A DNA stretch of 61,543 nt, from NCBI GenBank assembly GCA_002347045.1, contig DDWV01000001.1, positions 553,201 through 614,743 of the forward strand. Direction: 5' to 3'. This stretch comes from Candidatus Collierbacteria bacterium UBA2277 (GTDB lineage Bacteria > Patescibacteriota > Microgenomatia > UBA1400 > MFAQ01). Below, in pieces: positions 45,764 to 53,109 of this stretch. A model generated the notes under the pieces. It was not told the DNA's origin, searched no databases, and saw only the letters and a list, made by a program, of their open reading frames with translations. Made by a program: the position numbers and the translations under genes. Each line of letters begins with the position of its first letter. Positions within the stretch are counted from its first letter, which is position 1.

Positions 45764-48019
45764 TTAGAAGCATTTTAGAGCGTTGAAACGAGTAATGGCT
45801 CTGGTGATAAAAGGAGCATTGTCGACGAAGTAAGACTCTATAGAGTGTTTCCCTGGCTCAGGACAGTAGCCTGCATAACCTACACGACTTTGGGCGGCAT
45901 CGTCGTTGGTCCATTGACTGCATGATGATGGAGAGGTGTTGTCTAGGGTGTAACAAGCTCCTCCTTGACAGCAGGTATTGTCCCCTGTTGCCTTGAAGTA
46001 TTTTTCGAAGTCGGGTGATCTAGCTGAGGTCCACATTTTTAGGGCCTTGGCTGTAGCAAAGACGCCGTCGGCAAAGTTGCAAGGAGAGGTGTTGTTTTTT
46101 TCGCGCGTAGGGTCGATGGCTCTAATAGCACTCCAAAGACCGTTTGTTCCTTCGCCTGCATAGAACCAGTAAGGAATCCAACCAAAAGGTGTCTGAGCGA
46201 CACTTGTTTGGGTGTCATCACAGTTGGGCATTTTACCCCCACACTTACTCCATTCTCTAATGTTTGCATCTGTGTATTGATAGCGTCCCCCAGAGAAAGC
46301 ACCTTCGTTATACATGGTGCCAAAGATAAATGCGGCAGGGACATTGTATGATTCTCCCGCCTTTTGGAGTATTTTGAGAAAGAGATCTGGAACACCTTCG
46401 GGAAAAGCAGAACTCATGGGGTCGTCGATAAGGCCAGGGATTTTTTCTATATTACAGATACCACAGTCTGGATCACTAACGACAACATCGGTAAAGTCAC
46501 CACACGAAGCAGTTTTGTCTTTTGGACAAATAGGTGAGGTTTGTTGAGATTGGGGTACAAGCCAGCAGTTTTGAAGCTGAGCCATAGAGTCTTGAGCAAG
46601 ATTACTCTCACGATAGATGGGTTGGTTAGGATTGCCTATGGTTGCGTTTCCATTTTGGGAAATGGTGTCTGAGATGGGGGCGTTTACTAATGCTTTTGTG
46701 GGTATAGGAACAAAGTCTGGTAGCAGCATTTTGAAAAAAGGTGGATTTTCTTTTGGGTCTCCATTGGCTATGAAGTTATCGAGTATTCTTGCGTAGGGGT
46801 TGTTGAATACAGCGAGAGTTTTTCCGACAGCAGTACCTTTGATTTCATAGATGTTCTCTCCTGGATAGTAGATACAGCCATAAAAAGAACAGTTGTAGTA
46901 ACCTGGGGTTGACTCGACGAACTCACTAACAACAGGAACTCTCACTATTTGTGGGAGAAGAGGGTTTTCTGGGTATGTCCTGGGGGAGTTGAGGTTTGTA
47001 CTAGGTTCCAGACTTGGACAAGAAACTGAAGCTGCGGCATTGATTAAAGCGGTACTGAGAGTAAGTTCATTTGTAGTTGTTGGTAGATTGTCAATTTTTC
47101 TAATCATCCAACTGGTAGTGTAAAAGTTAAGGAGTCCGAGATCTCCTTTTAGGCCTCTAATGAGAGCTGAGAGATATGGAACATTTTCTTTTGTGATGGT
47201 ATCGTTTAGAACAATATAGCTTCGAAGACTGTTAAAGTCGAAAGGAAGGAGGGTGTCATATTGTGCTTTGAGGTCGCTGTCGAGTTCTTTGTATTTAGCG
47301 TAGTAATCTTCACAAACAGGAGATTTCCTAAGACAGTTTGGAAGGTTTGAGTATAGTTTTTTAGTGTCGGTCTCTTTGGTTTTGGAGTTTTCGTCTAGGT
47401 AGTAGTAACTAACTTTGGTTGTATTTGAGTCGGTGTTGGATAGATATAGAGCTTTTATGTTGGCCTGAGTACGACTGTTTAACATTCTCCAGAAAGTGCG
47501 AAATGACTCTCTAGGTATTTCGTCATTGGAGTAAGCCGGTCTATCGAGGAGAGCATTGAATAGATATTTTTGAGCTACTTGATCCGGGTTTATAGATCCG
47601 TAAGTTCCGACATCTGGTCCAAGGAATCCAAGCGTGGCATCGGAAACATTTGTTTGAACTGGAACAGGAATAATGGTTGGGGGTGGAGGTGACATGGCAT
47701 TGACTTTTTCACTGTAAATTACTACGGGTGGGGGGATACAAGTAAGAGGGTATTTTTCTACTTGAGACTCGATCTTTTTTGGGGTAGAGTAGCACTCTCC
47801 GTTTGGAGGATAGACGTTGTTTTTGTCTAGATCTCCACAAGGAAGATTTGAAGGGGTGATGACGGGGGTGAGAGGTTCTGATGAGGTAGAAGTTGAAGTT
47901 GATGTTGTTCCAATAAGGGGATCTGTGGGGTCGATATATGCTGATGAGGAGGTGGCAAAAAGGTTAAAGAATAAGAGAGTTGAGATAAGGCTGGTAAGAA
48001 ATAATTTGGTTTTTACCAC
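45764..48019 (-). CDS. large secreted Cys-rich protein (hypothetical)
   Basis: A GTG start at 48019 gives the signal peptide VKTKLFLTSLISTLLFFNLFATSSSA. A Thr/Ser-rich stretch follows. The C-terminal third is rich in Cys/Trp/Gly. The upstream 92 codons of the ORF-track entry are an out-of-frame read over the preceding pilin gene. Confidence 0.6.
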   Translation of the reverse strand: MVKTKLFLTSLISTLLFFNLFATSSSAYIDPTDPLIGTTSTSTSTSSEPLTPVITPSNLPCGDLDKNNVYPPNGECYSTPKKIESQVEKYPLTCIPPPVVIYSEKVNAMSPPPPTIIPVPVQTNVSDATLGFLGPDVGTYGSINPDQVAQKYLFNALLDRPAYSNDEIPRESFRTFWRMLNSRTQANIKALYLSNTDSNTTKVSYYYLDENSKTKETDTKKLYSNLPNCLRKSPVCEDYYAKYKELDSDLKAQYDTLLPFDFNSLRSYIVLNDTITKENVPYLSALIRGLKGDLGLLNFYTTSWMIRKIDNLPTTTNELTLSTALINAAASVSCPSLEPSTNLNSPRTYPENPLLPQIVRVPVVSEFVESTPGYYNCSFYGCIYYPGENIYEIKGTAVGKTLAVFNNPYARILDNFIANGDPKENPPFFKMLLPDFVPIPTKALVNAPISDTISQNGNATIGNPNQPIYRESNLAQDSMAQLQNCWLVPQSQQTSPICPKDKTASCGDFTDVVVSDPDCGICNIEKIPGLIDDPMSSAFPEGVPDLFLKILQKAGESYNVPAAFIFGTMYNEGAFSGGRYQYTDANIREWSKCGGKMPNCDDTQTSVAQTPFGWIPYWFYAGEGTNGLWSAIRAIDPTREKNNTSPCNFADGVFATAKALKMWTSARSPDFEKYFKATGDNTCCQGGACYTLDNTSPSSCSQWTNDDAAQSRVGYAGYCPEPGKHSIESYFVDNAPFITRAITRFNALKCF

Positions 48020-48048
48020 AAAACAATTATAAACGGAGAAGTAGTTTA

Positions 48049-48399
48049 TTACGAAGGAACTGTGAAAGTGGTGATGTCTGCTCCGGTGAAGTTTTTGATC
48101 AGTATAATGACGAGCCAGGCGACTGAGAGGAGAATGACTCCGATGATGGCCCAGGTAAAAGTTTTCCAGGCAGCGTCGTAGGCTTTGGGGTCGGCACCTG
48201 CCATCATCAAACGGACTCCGGCGATGATGAGCATGCCAACTGCAACAAGGGCGATGAGGCCTGGTGCAGGTTTGATTAAATTTTGGAATAAACATTCAAT
48301 CCCTCGGATCGTGGCGACGCCTTCTGGGGAAACACATTGTGAATTAATGGTGGTCCAGTCTGCAGCATACACTTGGGGTATTAGAGAAAAAGTCATCAT
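48049..48399 (-). CDS. VirB2/TrbC-like T4SS pilin paralog P1 (divergent loop)
   Basis: Leader MMTFSLIPQVYAA, a Cys pair, then TM - MMAGADPKAYDAAWK - TM. I prefer the ATG at 48399. Confidence 0.65.
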   Translation of the reverse strand: MMTFSLIPQVYAADWTTINSQCVSPEGVATIRGIECLFQNLIKPAPGLIALVAVGMLIIAGVRLMMAGADPKAYDAAWKTFTWAIIGVILLSVAWLVIILIKNFTGADITTFTVPS

Positions 48400-48413
48400 G
48401 GAGTAATTATATC

Positions 48414-48439
48414 GCACAAAAAACCCCGGATGTCCGGGG
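48414..48439 (-). terminator. rho-independent terminator between pilin genes P2 and P1
   Basis: CCCCGG-ATGT-CCGGGG stem-loop, with TTTTTTTG following it on the minus strand. Confidence 0.65.
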
Positions 48440-48463
48440 CTTTTGATTTTTAACACTAAATAC

Positions 48464-48805
48464 TTAGTAAGGTTTTGGGATAGTGAAGTTTCCACCGAAG
48501 ACGTCAACTCCAAAGAAGTAGGAGATGAGCTGCATAAGTGCCCAAGAAGCTGCGATGATGGCAAGACCAACTAGAGCGGCAGTGATACGATTTCTGGCAT
48601 TTTCTGTTTTGCCTTTGTCTCCACCTGAGGTGAGCCATTCGATACCACCCATGACTAAAAAGGCGAAAGTGAGGATACCAGCAACCATGAAGGCTACTGA
48701 GATAGCACTTGAGATTAATTTACCGATATCAGTAATTTTCATACCAACTGGCTGGTTTACACCGATGGTAGAAGTGGCTGCGTATGCTTGAGGAATTAGG
48801 GACAT
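48464..48805 (-). CDS. VirB2/TrbC-like T4SS pilin paralog P2
   Basis: Leader MSLIPQAYAA, then TM - GGIEWLTSGGDKGKTENARNRI - TM. Confidence 0.75.
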   Translation of the reverse strand: MSLIPQAYAATSTIGVNQPVGMKITDIGKLISSAISVAFMVAGILTFAFLVMGGIEWLTSGGDKGKTENARNRITAALVGLAIIAASWALMQLISYFFGVDVFGGNFTIPKPY

Positions 48806-48864
48806 ATTTTTTCTTTTTTATTAATTTAAGACTAGGCTTATTATTATTGTTATTTGCTTTCTTG

Positions 48865-49194
48865 TCAACTGCCGAGGGGATTGTCGGTGCAGAGAGCACT
48901 GAGGTCGATACCGAAGAAATAGAGAACTAGGGTGAATACGGCATAGCTGGCGGCAATAATGGTGAGACCAATTAGGGCATTGCTAATTCTTTTTTGAGCT
49001 ATCTCAACGCGGCCTTTATCTCCTGAAGACGTTAGCCACTCCATACCTCCTAGAACAAGAAAGATAAAGAAAACAATGGCGGCGAGGATATAGGCAATAC
49101 TGATGGCATTACTGACTAAGTTCCAGATACAAGTGAAACCAAAAAATCCTCCTTTGGTGACTTCTTTTCCGATGTCGACTACTTGTTGGTTCAT
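48865..49194 (-). CDS. VirB2/TrbC-like T4SS pilin paralog P3
   Basis: TM - GGMEWLTSSGDKGRVEIAQKRI - TM. Confidence 0.72.
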   Translation of the reverse strand: MNQQVVDIGKEVTKGGFFGFTCIWNLVSNAISIAYILAAIVFFIFLVLGGMEWLTSSGDKGRVEIAQKRISNALIGLTIIAASYAVFTLVLYFFGIDLSALCTDNPLGS

Positions 49195-49586
49195 AAGTTG
49201 TTGGGGAAAATAGGTTGAAGAATATTAATTTTGAAAGCGTTTTCGATAAAAAGGGCAATTGCATAAGAACCGACGAGGATGGCGAGGCCAATAAAAGCAT
49301 TGCTAATCATCTTTTGGGCTGTTTCAACACGGCCTTTGTCTCCGCCTGCAGTGAGCCATTCGATACCGCCCCAGATTAGAAAAATTATGAAGGCTACTCC
49401 GCCTAGAGTGACTACGGCACGCCAAAGTATAGCAATATAGAAAGCTAGCCCTTCACCTGGAGTTTTGTTGGCAATTTCGAGAGGTAAGGCTGCGTTTTTT
49501 ATCTCGTTGGACATTCTTACTCCAACACCATCTGCTCCTCCTGAGTCTGCTGCGGCTAAGTATTTTAGATTATCAGTTGAGATCAT
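49191..49586 (-). CDS. VirB2/TrbC-like T4SS pilin paralog P4
   Basis: TM - GGIEWLTAGGDKGRVETAQKMI - TM, with a 4-nt overlap with P3. Confidence 0.72.
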   Translation of the reverse strand: MISTDNLKYLAAADSGGADGVGVRMSNEIKNAALPLEIANKTPGEGLAFYIAILWRAVVTLGGVAFIIFLIWGGIEWLTAGGDKGRVETAQKMISNAFIGLAILVGSYAIALFIENAFKINILQPIFPNNL

Positions 49587-49981
49587 GGTATGGATGAGTT
49601 GTTAAATAAAGTGTTGAATGGGTTGAGAATGTCTATGCCTAAGACTCCGCCGACTACTCCTGTAACAAAAAGGCCAGCGACAATGGCAACTAAACCAATA
49701 ACACCTTGAGTCATCTGAGTTTTGGCCTCTTCAACTTTACTTTTGTCTCCGCCTGCAGTGGCCCATTTTAGACCTCCGAGAGTAAAGTAGATGACGAAAG
49801 CTAGACCTCCGACAACAGTAAGGGTGGTGACAACGGAGGAAAGAATGTTGCTAAACTGAGCCTTGGTGGTAGCTTCACTGACATCTTTGGTTTCGAAACC
49901 AATTGGCCCTATACCTTTGATACCTCCGACATCAATTGGTGCGGCATGAACGGACTTTATGATTGATTTTAATAATGACAT
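49583..49981 (-). CDS. VirB2/TrbC-like T4SS pilin paralog P5
   Basis: TM - GGLKWATAGGDKSKVEEAKTQM - TM, with a 4-nt overlap with P4. Confidence 0.72.
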   Translation of the reverse strand: MSLLKSIIKSVHAAPIDVGGIKGIGPIGFETKDVSEATTKAQFSNILSSVVTTLTVVGGLAFVIYFTLGGLKWATAGGDKSKVEEAKTQMTQGVIGLVAIVAGLFVTGVVGGVLGIDILNPFNTLFNNSSIP

Positions 49982-49982
49982 T

Positions 49983-50354
49983 TTATGGTGTAACGCTTGA
50001 AAATTTTGGTATTAAAATGGCGGTGAAGTCTCCGAAAAGGATCTTACTAAAGATGGCGATGATAACAAAACTAGCAGCCATGATAACAAGACCAACTAGA
50101 CTCATCATTATTTGTTGATTTGCCTCTTGAATTTTACCCTTGTCTCCGTTGGACGTGATAAATTTTAGTCCTCCGCTAAGGAACTGCCACAAAGTGAAAA
50201 GACCTCCGATAATGATAATAAAACGAATGATGGCGGTGATGTAGTCTCCAGTTTGGGCTACTTTTGAGGGGATTCCTGCGGGAAGATTTATAGTACCTAT
50301 AACATCGGCGGCAAAAACGGGAGAAATGATTTGATTGAGTAAGCTGCTAATCAT
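49983..50354 (-). CDS. VirB2/TrbC-like T4SS pilin paralog P6
   Basis: Leader ...SPVFAAD, then TM - GGLKFITSNGDKGKIQEANQQI - TM. Confidence 0.72.
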   Translation of the reverse strand: MISSLLNQIISPVFAADVIGTINLPAGIPSKVAQTGDYITAIIRFIIIIGGLFTLWQFLSGGLKFITSNGDKGKIQEANQQIMMSLVGLVIMAASFVIIAIFSKILFGDFTAILIPKFSSVTP

Positions 50355-50359
50355 ATTTA

Positions 50360-50674
50360 TTAAAAGAATTTAAAGCCTAGTATAGAGCCTAGAAGTCTGG
50401 TGATCATAAAGGCTGCTACGACGAGAACTAATCCAATTATGCCATAGTTTAGCATGTGTTGTGCTTGAGTTGTTTTACCCTTGTCTCCGGCTGCTGTAAT
50501 ATAGGTAAAACCAGAGATAATAATAGTAATGAAAGCAACTATTCCAGAGATAATTAAGACGTTGTAAATAATGGGATTAACTAGGGTGTCAAGCTTGGCA
50601 TCTTGACCTCCAAGGGCTTCAGCTGGTTTATAAATAGTATCTAAATTGAGAGCGAGAACTTGTTTGACTAACAT
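50360..50674 (-). CDS. VirB2/TrbC-like T4SS pilin paralog P7 (first gene of the array)
   Basis: TM - SGFTYITAAGDKGKTTQAQHML - TM. Confidence 0.72.
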   Translation of the reverse strand: MLVKQVLALNLDTIYKPAEALGGQDAKLDTLVNPIIYNVLIISGIVAFITIIISGFTYITAAGDKGKTTQAQHMLNYGIIGLVLVVAAFMITRLLGSILGFKFF

Positions 50675-50704
50675 TGAGTATTATTTTACAGTAAAATCTG
50701 GAAC

Positions 50705-51787
50705 ATGGCAGATAATACTTTAGGATTATTGGCAAAAGAAACTTTGTCTAAATTGGCTATTGAAGTGAATGAAAGACTAGAAAGATATTGGAATGAAGAA
50801 ATTGAGAAGGATTTTGGTTTTGAAAGATCGCAAGTAGAGTTGGTGAGACAGGCAATGCTTCACGCAAAAGAGCATAATTTGAGATCTGCAAAACGACTTC
50901 GAGCTTCCTTTGTTTATTATGGTTACCTGTTGGGAGGAGAAATCCCTAATGATGAAGTGTGGAAAGTGATGGAAGGAGTGGAGCTGGTTCAAACAGCTTT
51001 GTTGATGCATGATGATTTTATGGACAGAGATAAAGTGAGAAGGGGTTTGCCGACAACTCATGAGTATTTTGCCAAAGGTGACTCTCACTACGGAGACTCG
51101 ATGGCAGTAAATATTGGAGACTTGGTTTTGTGTCTTGGATATGAAAGAGTACTGGAGTGCGAATTGGATAAGAATAAAGTGCTGAGTGTGGCTCGCGTAT
51201 TGATGAGACATATTGCAGAAACTGCCTTGGGACAGATGTATGACATTACATTACCAAAGTTGGGAGAGTTAACAGAGGATAAGGTTTTGGCGGTTCATAG
51301 AACAAAGACATCTATATATACATTTCAGAACCCTCTGATAATGGGGGCTGAGTTGGCTGGATTAAGTGAGGATGTTAAGGATGTTTTGAAAGAGTATGCT
51401 CAAAAAGGTGGTGTGGCCTTTCAGCTTCAAGATGACATATTGGGAATGTATGGCGATGAGGAAAAAACGGGAAAATCGGCTAATTCTGACCTGCTTCAAG
51501 GTAAATGTACCTTGTTGATATCAAAAACGCTGGAACTTGGGAATGAACAGGAAAAGGAGAGTATTTATCGAGCATGGGGGAACAAGGAGGCCAGTGAGGA
51601 GGAAATTGAAGGGGCGTCAAAGGCAGTGAAAGAGTCGGGTGCGTATGAGTATTCGGTGAATAAAGCAAAGGAACTGGCACAAGAGGCAAAAAAAGAAGTG
51701 GAAAAGTTAGAGAAGATGGATTTGAACTCAGAGGCTGTAAATTATTTGAGTGGAATTGCAGAGTATGTTGTGAATCGTGAATTTTAA
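50705..51787 (+). CDS. polyprenyl diphosphate synthase (trans-isoprenyl, GGPP/long-chain type)
   Basis: First aspartate-rich motif LMHDDFMD and second QLQDDILG. Confidence 0.88.
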   Translation: MADNTLGLLAKETLSKLAIEVNERLERYWNEEIEKDFGFERSQVELVRQAMLHAKEHNLRSAKRLRASFVYYGYLLGGEIPNDEVWKVMEGVELVQTALLMHDDFMDRDKVRRGLPTTHEYFAKGDSHYGDSMAVNIGDLVLCLGYERVLECELDKNKVLSVARVLMRHIAETALGQMYDITLPKLGELTEDKVLAVHRTKTSIYTFQNPLIMGAELAGLSEDVKDVLKEYAQKGGVAFQLQDDILGMYGDEEKTGKSANSDLLQGKCTLLISKTLELGNEQEKESIYRAWGNKEASEEEIEGASKAVKESGAYEYSVNKAKELAQEAKKEVEKLEKMDLNSEAVNYLSGIAEYVVNREF

Positions 51788-51829
51788 AAGTTGAGAGTGT
51801 TTGAAAGAAATGACAAGTTAGGATGAGGA

Positions 51830-52123
51830 ATGGAAGTACCACACTATTGGAGAGAGATGCCAACAAGTACAAGCTTTTCCGGGAAAGCAAAAGGGGGTTC
51901 TGAAGAAGTTCCTTCTAGGTTTAAGTTTCCGGGGGGTGAAATTGGCTTGTTTGGAACTTATGAAGAGATTTATTCGAGATTTGAGGAGAGAGGCTTTAAA
52001 GCAGATGTAATTGAAGAGATTTTATTTTATCTTTTTGGAAGTGTCGCCTCCGAAACGTCGATCTCTCTTGAGAAAATCATCAATAGCCAAAACAAATTGG
52101 TTGGGAGTGAAGTCAGGAAATAG
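51830..52123 (+). CDS. 97-aa hypothetical protein (doubtful)
   Basis: ORF only. Its last 102 nt overlap the 3' end of the convergent uppS. Confidence 0.25.
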   Translation: MEVPHYWREMPTSTSFSGKAKGGSEEVPSRFKFPGGEIGLFGTYEEIYSRFEERGFKADVIEEILFYLFGSVASETSISLEKIINSQNKLVGSEVRK

Positions 52124-52732
52124 AGTTTTGGTGAAGTAGATTTCTGAGTAGACCGACTGCCAAGGCAAGTATCCAGAAAGACGTTGTTCTCCTCCTGTAC
52201 GGATAATGAGATCTGGATCTGGGATTCCAGAAGTGTCGAGATGTGAAGAAAAAAGTTCTTCGTCTATTTTTTCTACCGGGACCTTGGCGGTGACGATTTT
52301 TTTGACTGCTCTAAGAATTTCATCACGACCTCCATAGTTGAGAGCAAAAGTTACTGTAATTTTATGATTTTTGGCTGAGTTATTGATCATTTCAACAGAC
52401 TTCTGGGCAATGTCTTTGGGAAAACGATTGATGTCGCCAAGGATACGAAGTCTAGCTCCTCTTTGAATGAAACGAAGGGCAAGAGATCCTAGAGCAAAAC
52501 GAAAAACATCAAAGAGACCTTTGAGTTCTGCTTCGTCTCGTTTCCAGTTTTCGGTAGAGAAGGCCCAAAAGGTAACGTAGGGGATACCTTGTTTGACACA
52601 TTCTTCAATTAGTGGCTCAACTGCATTTTTGGCGGCGTATTCATGACCTTTGACTGAGTCTTTGCCGTGGAGCTTGGCCCAACGACGGTTTCCGTCCATA
52701 ATTATTGCCACATGTTGAATGTTGGATTGCAT
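52022..52732 (-). CDS. uppS: undecaprenyl diphosphate synthase (cis-isoprenyl transferase)
   Basis: HVAIIMDGNRRWA, TFWAFSTENWKR and RTGGEQRLS motifs, and a C-terminal RDRRFGG. Confidence 0.93.
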   Translation of the reverse strand: MQSNIQHVAIIMDGNRRWAKLHGKDSVKGHEYAAKNAVEPLIEECVKQGIPYVTFWAFSTENWKRDEAELKGLFDVFRFALGSLALRFIQRGARLRILGDINRFPKDIAQKSVEMINNSAKNHKITVTFALNYGGRDEILRAVKKIVTAKVPVEKIDEELFSSHLDTSGIPDPDLIIRTGGEQRLSGYLPWQSVYSEIYFTKTLFPDFTPNQFVLAIDDFLKRDRRFGGDTSKKIK

Positions 52733-52756
52733 TGTTTTGATTATATCAAAATGAGG

Positions 52757-53107
52757 CTAGTTTAGGTCTAGGACTGCGTCGATGCCAAGAATATTGGTTA
52801 TTAGCTTGACGATTAAAAATGAAGCGAACACCATGATTAGACCGATAAAGCCGTTTACGAGACGAGAAGATGCCCCAGCGACCTTTTTGGGGTCTCCAGA
52901 ACTGAGCATGTACTCCCAACCTGTCATGACAAGATTGGCAAAAAAACCGAGACCAACAAGGATAAATACAAAGTTTATGAGATTGAAATCTGTAACTCCG
53001 GTGAGGAGAGTACTAATAGTGCCTTGATTGCTAATTTTGCTGGCAGTTGAGTTGATACCTGAGATATTGACATCGCTTGCGGCAAGGGCTTGTTTTATTA
53101 GAGTCAT
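52757..53107 (-). CDS. VirB2/TrbC-like T4SS pilin paralog P8
   Basis: Leader MTLIKQALAAS, then TM - TGWEYMLSSGDPKKVAGASSRL - TM. Confidence 0.68.
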   Translation of the reverse strand: MTLIKQALAASDVNISGINSTASKISNQGTISTLLTGVTDFNLINFVFILVGLGFFANLVMTGWEYMLSSGDPKKVAGASSRLVNGFIGLIMVFASFLIVKLITNILGIDAVLDLN

Positions 53108-53109
53108 AT

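Noticed and set aside
48020-48295. His/Arg-rich 92-codon N-terminal extension of the 843-aa ORF (MFIPKFNQTCTRPHRP...).
   Set aside because: It overlaps pilin gene P1 in another frame and has an implausible composition. A GTG at 48019 yields a clean signal peptide, so the extension is treated as non-coding read-through of the frame.
48400-48570. N-terminal 57 codons of the 173-aa ORF that would extend pilin P1 upstream.
   Set aside because: The extension crosses the P2-P1 terminator hairpin and overlaps the 3' end of P2. The internal MMTFSLIPQVYAA start reproduces the leader seen on the other paralogs.
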